A DNA stretch of 62,914 bases, filler included, from Choristocarpus tenellus KU-1152 (GCA_964200185.2; 12 parts of 12 records of this genome joined end to end with filler, not necessarily neighbours in it); one strand, 5' to 3'. Positions 25,033 to 39,483 are shown, counted from the first letter of the whole stretch. The notes: generated by a model not told the origin, from the letters alone. Numbers and translations: made by a program.

Positions 25033-27047
25033 ATGCCAGACAATGAGGTCAACCTCATCGAGCCAATCGCACCACAGTCATCTCCTAGTCACTCTATCTT
25101 CTTGATGGGAAAGCAAGCCCCAGACTTTTCGTTATTGGGGAAGCAGACAACGACTGTTGACGTTGTGAGGCTGCAGTCTGAACTTCGGTCCCTTCACACT
25201 CGACTGATCTTGCTAGAGAAGCTTTCACTGGGACAAGGTGATACCAAGGCTGAGGGAGTACTACTGCCTACAGTGACAGAGAGTGGAACTGAGGTTGATC
25301 GAAGACGTAGAGAAGTCGATGAACCGGAGACTCTTCAGGGAGAAGCACTCTTTGCATCTAAGGAAGATTTTTCACCACAGGGGATTAAAAATGACCAATT
25401 TATAGAATCTGGTGAGGAGGTTCAGGACTCCCCATCGAGAGTGACGGGAAGCGTCGGGTCGAGCAAGTGAGAAGACCTCTTGAACTTGCAATATCTGCGC
25501 ATTCGCCGAGCAAGCATGGCACTAATAGACAGAACAACTGTGCATCGTATCCAGAATATACCTTGAAATGTACAGTAGGCCCAACCAGACCCTTTCTACC
25601 CTTGATTCCTCGCCCCCCAAAATCATGCTGGTGGTTTAGAGTCAACAAGAAGATAATTGTCCTGTTTCGGGAGGTGGACGCAGTGAAGCAACAACTGGAG
25701 AAGATGTCGTCTTCAATACGCCGGCGAGAAAAAATGCAGGGAATCAGAGACGGAGCAGCAGCACAGGAACAGGCAATGGAAATCAATCGAATGCAGGTAC
25801 ACTCCCACCTTTAATTTTTGCATGGAGTGCTTTCGACGGAAGATGGATAATGGATTGCATACTGAATGCGAACGAGAAAAGAAAGAGTAACTTTTGAGCT
25901 GATACAAGAAAGGCAGGAGGTTCTTCTCGGTATTGTTAAAATGCATTTTGCAGGATGGATAGAACATAGCGATGCCTATCGGAAACACCAACAAGCACAC
26001 CACACGAGCATATTCCCTTGACTGACGCCTGGTACAATAAACTGAATACCAACGATACCTCATCTTGTTGTCCCTGTTTGAATCACACACTGCAATAGTA
26101 ATAGTGGAAAAACTAAGCAACCTTGTAGAATATAACATAGAACAAGAATGCACCCTTTCTGCACAACACCAAGAGCCAGTGAAGGAAAGGTTGCTTTCCA
26201 AAACGATATGGGTAATAGCTCAAATGCTGTGGGAACTCTCACCATCAAATAGGTCATAAGCACTCTGAAATGTGCCTAACTCGTCCACACTTCTTAGCCT
26301 ACATCCCGACAGTTTCTGATGAACAAAACCCCTAACATCAGTTAGAAATAGCCACAAGGGTGACTTCAGATGAGCTCGAGCAGGCAGTGAGCGCCAACAG
26401 TGACAGGATAACTGCAATGCAGTCTTCAATGGATTCAGCGCTCAACGACCGGTTTCGTCGAGTGCACGACTTGGTACAAACACAGGTTGGTGTGCAGAGG
26501 TACGCAAGAGGATGCGGTGCAATGTTTGAAGTTTCATCCTCTTAAGTGATATATCATCCTAGTCTCATTCTGTCTTCTGATTGACCCAATTCAACACGCA
26601 CCCTATCTTTCAAACAATTTTGTGACTGAACTAACAGATGGATGGCCTCCTAAAGATGATGAAGGCCCTGCGCATCCAGGTTGGACAGGGCTCAGGTTTG
26701 AATGCCTTGGCCAACCATAGAGCAGAACATCCTCAAGGGTAAGCCACAGATACACCCTCACACCTTTCAGAGAGAACTTCAATGATATTATCCATCTTTC
26801 TTGCCACCATGCTCCTTGTTCACCATGGAAAGCATTGCACCCCCCCTCGCTGATAATTTACACTGGGTTGGATCCTGTCATGGACCTGCCCAATATATTT
26901 TTTTCTCAAAGGTCAACTCTGTTTGAAGATCTCAGCAGCGACGATGATGAGCATGCTAGGATAGTGGACATTGTAACAGAGATAATACAAACCCAACTTG
27001 ACAAAATGATCCCAGCAGGGGGTGGCCAAGACCTGGAGACCCTACAG
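25033..27047 (+). CDS. Uncharacterised multi-exon coiled-coil protein (partial); exons 25033-25466, 25640-25796, (about 26105-26189, uncertain), 26359-26485, 26638-26738, 26912-27047
   Basis: AG/GT-bounded exons giving helical peptides (VVRLQSELRSLHTRLILLEKL; LFREVDAVKQQLEKM; DELEQAVSANSDRITAMQSSMDSALNDRF). Phases agree except around the third exon. The start codon is uncertain. Confidence 0.6.
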
Positions 27048-28031
27048 GTATTAGTGCTCTCTTGAAACACTGGATATTCGAGTCTGGGATGGCGCTGGGC
27101 ATGTGCAATGGCTTCATGCCCTTTTCTTTTCTCTTGACCATGCTACCTTTCCTCACACCATGATCAACGTTTAGATATCTTCACAACCTGGAGCTTAACA
27201 TTTCATTTAGAAAGCATCGTATTCCTCTTTTGTATAGCCTGTGCTACAAATATAAAAGCAGTGTTGAGGCCAGGTATGTCCCCACAGGTTGATTGCAGTA
27301 CTATGGTAGTACCTGCATCGAATCAATTTTCTCAAAGTCACTTCTTCCAAACTAAAACAAGATATATAAACGCACCCTGGGGACTGATTATTGTTCTGAA
27401 TCAGGATCCTGAGCGCTTTTCTTCCAAGTTTTTTCAGTACATTATATCGTATAGTGGCCATCCCTCAATACCATTCCCCTTGGATTTGTTTATTTTTTTG
27501 TCCAGAAATAGACCTCTGTGCTCCTTGCTGCAGCATACCCAGAGCACTATTGATAGGTGTGTGACTCTGAGAATAAGGGTATGGCAGAGGCTTGACAGCT
27601 GTGTTGCTGGTTTATTAGCAGTGTTTAAGGCAGGCTGGCGGATTACCTCATGGCATGATATCAATACGGAAGCTTTGTAGGAGGAATTGCTTGTGCTGCT
27701 TGTAGAATACGTACATCTCACTCTACCACTCCACCAACGACAATTTTTTGTTGGCTGATATATAGTCGGTGACTAAGTCGGAAAATACCTTTTCATTAGC
27801 ACTACATGATAGTGACTCTCTCTTCCAGCAAAGTATGACTGTATGGACGAAAACGACATGCTAGTTCTCTTGCCTACTAGTGCACATTGCATTTAAATCG
27901 AAATGATTACTTTGGGCAATCCGTTTTGGACTATGCATTATTCTTTTTCACACCCCTCTCAACATTCTTCTTGTAACGTTTGTTTGTGTCCCTAAACACC
28001 CAAGAGGGTATATGATTTTCATGCAAGATCA

Positions 28032-28152
28032 GGGTCAAAGTATCTGGGGGGGGGGGGGGGGGGGGGGGGTGCTTAGTGAGGAGGCGTCCATTCCATCCCC
28101 AAAAATTTGCTCGCAAATTATGGTAATTGCTGTCTTCAATCGCGGAACGTCC
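28032..28152. mobile_element. MITE family D end (same TIR, different interior), cut by the gap
   Basis: gggtcaaagtatctg + long G run, then sequence unlike families A-C except for the gcgtccatt motif. Confidence 0.65.
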
Positions 28153-28625
28153 NNNNNNNNNNNNNNNNNNNNNNNNNNNNNNNNNNNNNNNNNNNNTTAA
28201 TTAATTAANNNNNNNNNNNNNNNNNNNNNNNNNNNNNNNNNNNNNNNNNNNNTTTCTTTGGTCTTCTATCAACTACTCTATAGGTACTCCAACCATAAGC
28301 CTCTATTCTTGAACTTCTTAGTAACTTTGACATTTTCCTCTGTAATGTTACGTAGGTTTTCCGAATCTTACTCTGCATCTCCTTAAAATTATCACTTATT
28401 CTGTAAGGTTAACCTATGTGCTACTAATATCGTATATAGTTTGCACTTGTCAGAACTCGAGAAACAATATTCACACGGTATGTCTGTTACAAATGTTCGT
28501 ATTTCCTAAAACATGAGGAGAAAATGCTCGCGCTATTCGTGTGTAACAATTGCTCAAACTTTGTTGAAATATAAGAAGAAACGCTCGCGCTATTCGCCTG
28601 TAACAATACACTGACACCCAATACT

Positions 28626-28893
28626 GAGCCAAAGCAATTGAGAGGTTGGAGGGGTTGCATTTTAAGGATCCCAAGAAAAGGGCAATAAGAGGTCATTTTG
28701 CCTAATAATTGCAGAAAGAGCCTTTGCTTAATCGTGGGGTCACTTTGTGTGCGTAATGAGGGACTATAGTATCAAGTTTGCTTACACTATTGTGGACAGC
28801 ACGTAATGAAAGAGGGTGTATTGCACAGGGTAAGGAAGATGGCGCAGAATGCAATAGGGTCCAAACCTGCCTACCTCTCAACTGATTTGACTC
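28626..28893. mobile_element. MITE family E, inverted relative to the other two copies
   Basis: Ends gagccaaagcaattgagagg / cctctcaactgatttgactc; the reverse-complemented interior aligns with 10326 and 22567. Confidence 0.78.
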
Positions 28894-29023
28894 TCTCAGG
28901 ATAGCACACTAGTGGTGTCGACACACATCGCCAGGTACGGTGAGAGAGGGGTTAAGAGTAGATAAATCCAGGGACACACCGAGTTCATCCAATCCAAAAA
29001 AACAATATTCTTCATGCGTCACA

Positions 29024-29200
29024 GGCTCAAAGTGTCTTGGGGAGGAGCGACGGCTTTCCATTTAAGGACATTTTTTCCATGTCGCGATTTCTGGGTGATT
29101 TAGTTGCATGCGTTGGATGGATAATGTAACCGCACTTCTCTGGGTCAGGGCCTGAATGGACACCTTGGTGTAGACCCCCCCTCCCTAGATACTTTGAGCC
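29024..29200. mobile_element. MITE family A, full length
   Basis: TIRs ggctcaaagtgtct / agatactttgagcc; flanks caca/ctca. Confidence 0.9.
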
Positions 29201-29379
29201 CTCAATACGAAAGGAAAGAGGGATGCAAGAAAAATGATAACCCCAAAAGAGTTAAACGGTGAGAAAACAACATTCAGTCGTAGAAAGTGGCAAGTGTGAT
29301 TGTGTAGTTATCTGTTTTGGGCTGCCATACACCTGGTGCTTAGTATGACATACATTTCTAGACCCTAACTCTCTTATAA

Positions 29380-29645
29380 TGCCACTCATCGTCAAGGTCT
29401 TCGTGCCCCTAACCACACACTTGCACCACCTATGTTGGTCTATTGGGCTTTACTCTAATCTCCAAACCTTGATCCTAGCTTTTTCGAGGTCGTTTTGCAG
29501 GCACAGACTCCCCTCTTGTCCTAGTTCTCTTCTCCTTCCATTTTACATCCACGACCTCCCCAAACATCAACACGTCAGGAAGTCGCTCATCTCGTATGTC
29601 CCAGTTTTTGCACATTCTCTTCGATACTCTCACACCAACTATTAT
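29380..29645 (-). mobile_element. RTE-clade LINE 3' remnant
   Basis: Frameshifted minus-strand peptide GCESIEENV...DERLPDVLMFGEV, matching the post-RT region of RTE elements and the copy at 59.2-59.6 kb. Confidence 0.6.
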
Positions 29646-32447
29646 TATTCACAATGACATCGTAACAGGACAGTGTGTGATCAGTACGCTCTCCCATATG
29701 GAAATCCGACGGATTAGGGTAGGAGGAACTTGAGTTGAAGAGAGCGATGCATCACAGAGTTGTAGTGGACATCATGAGGTGTGTTACCATTTGAACATGA
29801 ACAAGTTGTATGACTGAGATGAGTCGATAAATCAAAGCAAGGACGTACTGTACAAAAGTGGGACCTGTTCTTGAAATTTCGAGATGGATACTTGAGAGCA
29901 ATTCATTCATATATCAATCAAGAAAGTATTGCAATTACTAATCAACTGTAAATTGTTTTTTTAGAAAAGAACACAAGGATATACCCACAACGCTCACAAT
30001 ACAGTATACAAAATTGCTAAGAAAAATATAACGTTGACCCAATCTAAACGACCCCTACGAGGTTCGTATTGGCCCCACCAACACCACGAGTGCCTTGCAC
30101 TGGTGAGGTGGGACCGCGGTATCCCTACGCATGACACGTGCTCAGGCTAATATGAGTCAATCAAAAGAGCCCCCTCTGACGTCGGATGATGTGGAATCTG
30201 TGGAGAGGTTGTTGCAGCCCTCCAACCTGGAAGCCCTCAGCATCGATGGGTGAGCATATGTGAACCCCTTTCACGCCATGGCGCATGGTGTCTGACCCCC
30301 CCGTATGTTCAAAGCGTGTCTGATATTAAATGAGAAATGAGCTCCACCATATATCTGGGGCAACCAAATAGAGTTGATGCTTTGAATGAAAGCTGGGAGC
30401 TTAAGATCCTTCAGGTTCGGCTTCTGGTATACATGACCATAGTGAAAATACACTGAACAGCACACCGGATAGGTTCGCAATTTACCTGGTGGGAGAGCCA
30501 GATGAAGATTATTGGATTGTTTGGATAGCCTTCGACTTAGGTGCTGAGCTGAGCTGACCTGTGGCTTCTATCTTTGACCTATGTGAACCGAACATTTTGT
30601 TCTACTGTACCCCAAGTTGAGCACTTCTGGGGCATAGGCATGCTCGCTTTTTCATAACGATGAGTTTTTCTCTTTCATCGCGGTTGTGGTGAAGTAGTGG
30701 AAATAGGATTCTTCAAGTTTGAACTAGGCAATAGGGTCCCCTGTCGTTCCACTGGGTCGGAATGTCTCAAGATTTGTCACATTTTTGAAAGTTGAGACAC
30801 CATGCAACAACGTTCTGTGGCGACAAGCTCTTCTACAGCTTTTGCGATCTCTCCGCAGTGACGGGTGGAGCTTGTTTCACCGAGCCCGACCTAAGATTCC
30901 CAACCTATTCGAACGGTCATTGCGGATGGTTGTCACCCCTGCAGCATGTCTAGGGTCTAATCGTAGGATATGGACCTTCCATAATTGAGGTATTGCGTAG
31001 TTTCTTTCCTTGTTGATGAAAGGTCTTCTGCCACAACTAATTCCACTGTAGTCAATAACTTCTTGCATGCGACTATCCGGATTGTCTTAGTGGGGGCATG
31101 TATAAGTAAGAAAGTAAGTTGATCCCTACCTACACTCTCTTCCCTGGTCACACCAAACGTACACATCCCTTTCACCGCATGGGAATGGTGGGGCAGTGGT
31201 CAATCGGAGCGAACTTTCTAATGGGGATAAGAGAGGAGGTATCACCGGGCAGCTACCTCAACACAACACACTTTTTTTTTCTTGTATACAGCAGTGGCAC
31301 TCAGGATTAGAGCCCTTCTCTCTAGCTAGACCAGCTATCTTTACAGAGCAAAGGAAGAATAAGTATGGTTAGATGCGAGATGTTGAAGTGAAAGAGTAGA
31401 TATTTTGTTATTTTTTGTAGGAAGAACCCCCCCCCCCCCTACTCTTGTATTGATTGTCATTCTTATTTTATTGTTATTATTGGGTCTATTTTAGGACTAA
31501 AATGATGCCTTTGTTGTTCTCTCTTGCAATGATCACGGATCGGAAAAGAAATCGCTTCGAACTCTGTTGATTAAATAAATATACCCCAAGTGAAAACCGT
31601 GACCCTAACCGCGCTTGATACAGAGTAGCTTGTCACACACCAATCCTCACTTCACCTGAGCCTGTGCATGCACGCTTCCTCCCCCACCCGCCTAAAATAT
31701 TATATATATTCAGTAGCTTCTTTTTTTTTTTACCTAACCCACCTGCTGCTTGTGGGTCAATCGTCATTCATACTACGTACGTATTGATGTAGATTTTTTT
31801 TAATTGACATCTTTAACCCTAATATATATATATATATATATATATTAAACCTCCCCAAAAGCTATCAACACACCAAAAATGATGACAGATGTGTGTTAGG
31901 GTTAGGGTTAGAGACAGGATGTGCCTCGTACACCCTAACCCTCAAGTTGTTCTGNNNNNNNNNNNNNNNNNNNNNNNNNNNNNNNNNNNNNNNNNNNNTT
32001 AATTAATTAANNNNNNNNNNNNNNNNNNNNNNNNNNNNNNNNNNNNNNNNNNNNTATTGTAGTACACCCAGCCTTTCGACCACTGTACACCGTTCTTGGG
32101 TCACCTATATTTTATGGGATGAGGTGAAGGATGTGGCAGAGTTGGATAGCCAGATTGTGCAGACCTAGGGGATATAGCAGAGGTGGGTAAATATTGGTCG
32201 ACAGGTTGGCTGCAATTGATGTTGCGGCTGGAGCAAAAATGGAGCCTAAAGTTCTTCGATCGGGGCAGGATTAGTAACCATTTTGGTAGGAGGATCAAAT
32301 TCACACGAAGGGATTGGTTGAGCGTGTAGTCCATTACCTTGAACCTGTATACGAAACAGGAATCGGCTCATTGGACAGTATGATGGACGGAGTGCGGGAA
32401 TCACAAAAATGCGACTCACAGGGAAGAGGAGTTGTAGAGGATGCAGT

Positions 32448-32610
32448 GGCTTAAAGTATCTGGAGAGGGAGTGGTGGGTGTCCATTTGAGGTCAATTTTT
32501 TAATGACGCGATTGTTGGGTGATTTCGTTGCGTACGTCTAATGGATAATGTAAATGCACTTTTCCAGATTTTGTCCCAAATGGACACCCTTGTGTTGTTT
32601 CCCCCCCTCC
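32448..32610. mobile_element. MITE family A, right TIR lost
   Basis: Left TIR ggcttaaagtatctgg plus the family A interior up to cccaaatggacaccct...cccccc. Confidence 0.85.
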
Positions 32611-33813
32611 ATCTCTATGATGCTCTGTGTCCAATGTTAAATTCCGTCATGTGATGCCTTTCCTCTCTGTTGTACTGGAGTTCACTCCCATTCACCTCTT
32701 GTACAACAAAAGCTGGCAGTGGAATGGAATGGACTAGCACAACATTTTGTACATGACATATCTTGGCAAGTCGTCGTTTAATCCAGAAATCCTGATTTTC
32801 CACCTTGTGAGAAATTGGATGTCGGCAGAGCAATTTAACACTATATATACTTCCACCACTAACGATTGAATCGAATTTCAAGCATAGCGTCAACAATTTA
32901 ATTCTTAGTCATACTGTACTTCTGACTAACCAAAGTCCCATTCAAATGGCTGACCAGTAAGACATTGACCCACAAACCAACCCTGAGAAAAGTAGTAGTG
33001 TGATTCAAGTGTGATAATGGATGGAGCAACACAGACTTGAGAAGTATCTCACTTTCCCATCCTTCGAAGGAGTATTAATCTTCCAACTACTAAAATAACA
33101 TTCATGGCTACTGACATACATATATTCCTTTGTACTCAGAAGATTCATTTATAAAATGTACCCCTGCCAATTACTGCCACTTGACATGACGAAGACCAAA
33201 ATGTAATACCAATACTATCACTATGGGTGGTACCAATGGTCAATTACTAGGTACAATTCATATTATGTTGTCCTGTTCTTAGCCGATGTACACATCCACT
33301 TCAATAGCTCAAACTTTGATGGCATTGCTTTCTTACGGTGCACATGCAGCATATGATGATTGCTCTGGAGTAAATTAGAAGTGAAGCATTATTTGCTTCG
33401 AAATATCACAACGAACATACTTTCCACCGCACAACACTATACAGCCAAGGTTGACAACAGAGGATCTGAGATTTCTAGGGCTGAGCAGATAAATGTTCAA
33501 GGAGTAACAATAGGTAAGAGTTATTACTGTGTTGCAGCCTGCGAGTGTGAGCAAATGCAATATTTGCAGATATATGATAGCATGTGTGTTGGTGCTATAG
33601 AGCTCTAGTGCTTGTTTTCGAATTTGCTTGTTTGCATATTTGTGAATGTCAGCATCAGGACCCTCACCCGTGCACTAACCTCCTGTTATTATTGCACTTC
33701 AAGTTCTCCTGCTTCATTCCCATGCCATTTGGACTAGGTTGGAGTATCAAATGATGCCTCCTGGGGACCAGTCGAGGCTGGTGCAGGCATAATGATGAAG
33801 AGTTAGAAGGAGT

Positions 33814-33988
33814 GACCCAAAGTATCTGGGGGGGGAAGGGGTCTACACCAGAGTGTCCATTTGGACAAAACCAGGAAAAGTGCACTTTCATTATCCATCC
33901 AACGTATGGAACCAGATCACCCAAATATCGAGACATAAAAATTTGGCCCCAAATGGACAGCCGCCACCCCCCACAGATACTTTGCGCC
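33814..33988. mobile_element. MITE family A, full length
   Basis: TIRs gacccaaagtatctg / cagatactttgcgcc; 3-bp TSD agt/agt. Confidence 0.92.
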
Positions 33989-34738
33989 AGTGGGATTATA
34001 AAGGGAGGGAGGAATTAGGATGAGGCCCAGATGTTGCAGGAGGACCTGTCTTGGGTCTGCAACAGGTAGTCACTCTATGCAGTGTTCTGAAAAGCAGTAA
34101 TCTAGCCCAATGTAGTTATGTAGGGCAGGAGCAATGGACTTGCTGGACTGACTGCTAGTTTGAAGTAGAGAGTGATCGACTGCAATAATTAAGAGAGGGG
34201 AGAACGGGAGGTGTCCAAAACAAAACAGAGACCTGGAATACTGGGGACTCTCCTGGCCATTTATTGTGCATACACAGACGGAAAACGGGCCTTTTGAGCA
34301 CTGGGGGAGTAGGTGTGATATGTGAGGGGAGTATCAGGGCTAACATCACAGGCGAGTCAAAGGGACTGTGGGAGGAGAGACATGCTGGCCTTGTAGCATT
34401 CCCGTAACACCTGACTATCAAATGGTGCACCTCTCACTACAAATCTACCCTCCTTCACAGGTGTCCCTGTCGTAACTATTTTTTCCCTCCTGTGCATTCT
34501 GAAAGACCTCTGCAGTACACCGTCCTCTGCCTTGAGTACCTCCCACTCCCTTTCATCCCTTCAATTTTGGAACAAAATTCCCTTGCGAATAATCAAGTCC
34601 CAGACTTTAATGCTAGCTCAATTCTCAACTCCACTACCTTTTATTCTTAGCAACGTCAGTCCTCATCCCCCCAGTTCCTCGTTGTCTTCAATCTTCCATA
34701 CAGAGTCCCCTTCTTCCTCACCTGTTTCTCCCATTGCT

Positions 34739-34920
34739 GGCTCAAAATATCTTGGAGGGGGGAGAGGGGGTCTACACCAGGGTGTCCATTTGGGCCCTTA
34801 CCAGGAGAAGCGAACTTACATTATCCATCTGACGCATGCAACCAAATCACCCAAAATCGCAACATGAAAAAAATGGGCCCCAAATGGACAACCGTCACCT
34901 CCCCCCAGATACTTTGAGCT
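34739..34920. mobile_element. MITE family A, full length
   Basis: TIRs ggctcaaaatatct / agatactttgagct; TSD ambiguous. Confidence 0.9.
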
Positions 34921-37900
34921 TCCCTTGTAGAATGTCCACCCAAGTTCTTCCATCTCTTCCTGTGGATATTGGTTGGTATGTCTAAGGTCTCGAGGTCATT
35001 CTCGCCTTCATGAGCAACCTGGTCATAGGGAGGTGTTGTATCTAACATTTCAGGACGAGAAGAAAATAATAGGAGGCATGACCATATTTGTAGAATGGGC
35101 ATGGTCCTCTTCAGATGAATTCAGGGTCTACCGTACGAGCACTTCAAACAACAAAAGAAAGAGAGACTTGCAATACTACTTGAGACCGCAGTGAGCGTCC
35201 TACTATCAAAGTGCACATCGATCCAACCAAATATCTAGACACGTTCAGAAAAACGCATCATATACATAAATCGTGCAGGACATCAACACAGTATTCCGAG
35301 TAGAATTGGATAAACAGAATTTCAGGCAGACAGGCGCATTATTACAACGAAGAAGAAAACAGAAATGGGTAGGTCACATTAACGTGGATTTGTCATCTCC
35401 ATAGGATCACTAAACCAGATAGTAACAAGAAGTCACATATCAACTTAAGGATATGGAGTGAGAAGGTGGAAGGGGAAGACTGGAGGTGAAGGTTCAATAT
35501 TATGACTTTGAATTAGATGTCAGCTGTGGCTTCTACATCGAGTGATGATAATGCTCCCACCACTTGGGGAATGTTTCTTTTTGAAATGTGGACAAGATCA
35601 ACATTAAAGAAGCAAAACAGCCCAGATTTTCTCACACTCTATCCCACGCACCCCAGAAGTTCTTATCTGGTGCTTTCATTATCATCAAGACAAGTCTGTA
35701 GAGTATCAGAAATCAAGGTTCAAGAGATCAAGGAAGTCCATCGACAAGGTCCGGAGCACATGGGAAAGACAGAGAAGCCACGGACCTAGTTTCTTAGCAT
35801 CATGCACTTTGTAACCCCAAGATTTTTACATTATACATTAAACAATAAACATTATTTGCTAACTTAAAGAGCACAGTGTGGACATTACTACTATTGTTCC
35901 TCAACAAATATATGCAAGATTAAGTGCAATGCTCTATAGTTGTAAGTTCGCACATAAATGGATCCCACAAAATGTTCCTGAGTCAGTTGTGAACGGAAAG
36001 AAGAAAAAAAACATTTATCTTGTCCGAGTTGGAGGTACACTACTGAGTTCTACTTTCAAGGCAGCTTCAACAACTGTATAGAGCCACAACTGATTGAGGA
36101 TTATCTCACCAAATATGAGGTTGTACGATCGCTCTCTGTTGCCAACACCACCATCATTGGCAAAGGAACAAGGATGCCTTTCCAGTCACCCTCATCTGTT
36201 GCAAGAACAAACTCTGCAGGGAGGTTAACTGAACACTTCAGGTCATTTTCTTCGTACTCATCCTGGAGCTGTTGTCAGAGCTACCCCGTCTCTTCATCAG
36301 ATCAACCTTGCGTGTCACTCCCCTTACTCTTCAGCCCTGTAGGAAGCAACAAGCATGCCCACTAAGATAGTGTTCAGATACTTGTTGAGGAGGTGAGTGC
36401 TGGCTATGTGCGCTGGAGGGGTAGAGCTCTAGAGTTCTCCAACAGTACTTTACCTTTTGCTGACCGATGGTCATGTTCCTGTTAGTGCTGAGGTATGGTA
36501 TATATGTACACATATATCATACCTCGGACAAACTAAGCTTTGCATATCATGACTCAGCATTGTTAAGTTACATTGTACAAAGCATTGTCCTGATCTTAGA
36601 TGTTTCATGGGAAGTGGACTCAGTCTTTGTTTGGACAATGGACATTACACAGAAAATGACCCCGAGTGTTTCCTGCACAACAGATACTACAGAGTAAATA
36701 GCACTGGGGGTTGTCCCGGATAATGAACCTTGTACACTAAGTGGCTGTGAATGCAGCCCTCACAACTGGTGTTCCAGAAATATGGGCCCTGAGCCTTTGT
36801 CCTAGAAAACTGACGTTACGCAGGCAACACAATTGGTCCCAAGCGTTGGAGTGCAACACCTTGGTTTTCGTAGAACATGTACAAGTGTGTGCTCATTGGT
36901 AGATATGCGATAAATCCAAAGTCCAAAGTCCAGTCTGCTTATCCTTCTCGTTTGGTGTAGCATGCCTAAGCCAAGGCCTTCTTCATGACAGAGCTGCGTG
37001 CTGAACTCCACATCTCCAGCAAATCTGGTGCAATACCTGCTCTGGTACAGACAGTCTGTGAGATAGTAAATAGTGCAACTGTACTCTACTGAGATTTTTT
37101 GGTGAGGTGCGCGGTGTCCTAGACTCCAGTATGCATATTTAGTTGCAACTTATGGTAGGTAGCTTGGGCAGGTCTAGATAGATAAAGTGGATTAATGCCT
37201 GTCAGAATATTCGGTAATGCTCTGCCAACACCCCTTCTGAAGGATGGGCTTACACTACCTTACCGCGAGTCAGGTGACTACTGGTTAATGTAGTTGATGA
37301 AACAAGCATAACCCTTGTGCGCATCAGTCGACTCTAACAGTGATGGCTACAGGTAATTAATAGGAAGAGTGAGAAATGGAAGGTTTGTTATTATATGTCG
37401 AGGGAGAGGGTGGGAGGAAATGCAGTACAGGCATGGATCACTCCCACGCAACCTCAGCTCACACTCTGCATGTTGAATGTACTTCATCACCTCACTTGTC
37501 TTCCTCGATGTATACGAGTTGGTATGTCCCAGTAAATGGAAGTGAGGATGAAGGGTGTAGGGTCACTTGAGAGCAATCTTCACAGTATTTATTAGGGTGG
37601 ATACAGAGTTGAGTCACGGTGCACAATATATTATTGCATGACCTTGGTCGTTTAATTATGAAACATCCAAAAAGCTGAACTAAAGAATGACATGGTTGCT
37701 ATCATACATTGTATGTGAACAGGAATAGAAGCAGCAGCAAACTGTACTCACTACACTCGATAAATCGAGCGACACTGTCCGTTGTAAACTACAGTTGGCC
37801 AACTTGTCGATGTTGGTTGGCAGTGTCCAAAGTCTTTTGCTGTATCAATATCAAAATGTATATATTTTTTATCAATATTTTGAAGAAAACTGGGGTTGCT

Positions 37901-38907
37901 GTATGTGTCCGTATCATGCAGTACAAATATCTCAAGGGCATCAAGTTGGGTCTTAGTTTTAGCAAGGCTTAACTCAGTGGGCCCGTAAGAAACAGTGCAT
38001 AGTTTGGTGTGGTATCATATGCCAGGCACAAGGAGGAGTAAAGAAACTGACTTTGTAATTTTCATTTTACTATCAAGACAACTTTAAGAACAAAGGAAAA
38101 AGGCAGAGTTGTGTAACCTCTGTTTTAATCTATCCCGAACCCTTTTTATCCAGATGTCCAAATGTGATCATCACTCTGTCCAAGTAAGTTTCCGAACATG
38201 ACCTTATCCCCCATTCCAAACGGTTTGTTATGTGCATTATGATGTTCGAAAAAGAGTTTGATTTACACCCGAACCTTACCATTCTCGATTCTCTGCTGGT
38301 TGGGAGCGACCTCAATGTGTCACAAGATTAGAATCCCAGCTCGAGGATAAGATAGTGTGAGAAAGGGGTCTAGGATCGGACTGAAGGGGAACATGAAGGT
38401 TGAGATGACCACTCGGGGAGGGCACATGATCAGCAGGGTGATGGCCCACTGATTGTTCTGAGTTAGCTTTCTAGCCTCCGATTTTAACAGTGGTATCTCA
38501 ATATTTGACAAGCTACTCGATTGATTGTTTAGCAAATTTGGAACAGTGTCCAGAGCATTCTAATTAATTTCACCCCATTGTATCTGAAGGTAAAAATCAA
38601 ACCTTTTTGCCTCATCACTCCCAAGAAGAAAACCACAATTCAGGCAATTGAAGTTGCAAACCACATGGCTCAAATGTAGGGAAAGAGACAACTATTTTAG
38701 CTCTACTACTTATCCGTATGAGAAAAGATGAGAGGTGATCTAGGTAGTAGAATATGAGAGAAGATCACGTGAGGAAGTCAGCAAATACTCAGTATCTTTG
38801 TCATCTTCTGGATACCTTGTTGTGGGGAAGCCACACAGTACGCCTTCTAGTTCAACTGAAATTAATCGTTGAGATGCTTTGGGAGAAATAGGACCATTTC
38901 CATAAAT

Positions 38908-39168
38908 GAATCAAAATATATTTGGGACCGAAATCCAAAGTTGCGATTTTGATGAAATTTTGGCATCGTGTTTGTTAGGAAGTGCCAATATCCCTGTTCC
39001 TAACAGACCATTTCATAGTTTTATACATGATAACTACTCCAAAGCGTACACATTTTACCTACTTTCGAAATTTCGGAGGAGGAAAATCTAAAAAACTCGC
39101 GTGTCAAGCCAAGCCCCAAACGGACAAACAAGGCAAATCTCCTACCCTCTAATATAGTAGTTTCACGC
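38908..39168. mobile_element. MITE family B, degenerate
   Basis: Family B interior (gcgattttgatg...tcgtgtttgttaggaagtg...aagccccaaacggacaaac...taccctctaa) with decayed TIRs; flanks aaat/agat. Confidence 0.8.
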
Positions 39169-39483
39169 AGATATCACACTAAACGAGCTCTCAATGCTAT
39201 TGAGAGAGGTGATTGATAAAAGAGATACATTATGCAATATTTACAAACATAATAGTGCAATCTGGGGGAATTCAGAGCAGGTTAAGAGCCCAGTAGTAGT
39301 ACACAAAAATTGCCTGTCTCGCTCGTCGTCTTGAAAAGGATTACTCTCCAACTGCATGGGAGTTCAGAGACACAGCACAATGCACTACTAGGAACAATGT
39401 CATATAGAGCATGTACGTCCACGTCCGTGCCTAACTCTATAGTACTATAATATAATTAGGAGGCAATCCTTGGCACTCAAGAG

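Noticed and set aside
30130-30930. Possible small spliced gene starting MTRAQANMSQSKEPPL
   Set aside because: Exon phases could not be joined without stops, and no family was recognised.
33812-34018. Recurrent short ORFs such as QSIWGG...GQNQEKCTFIIHPT
   Set aside because: These are chance translations of MITE family A copies, not a protein family.
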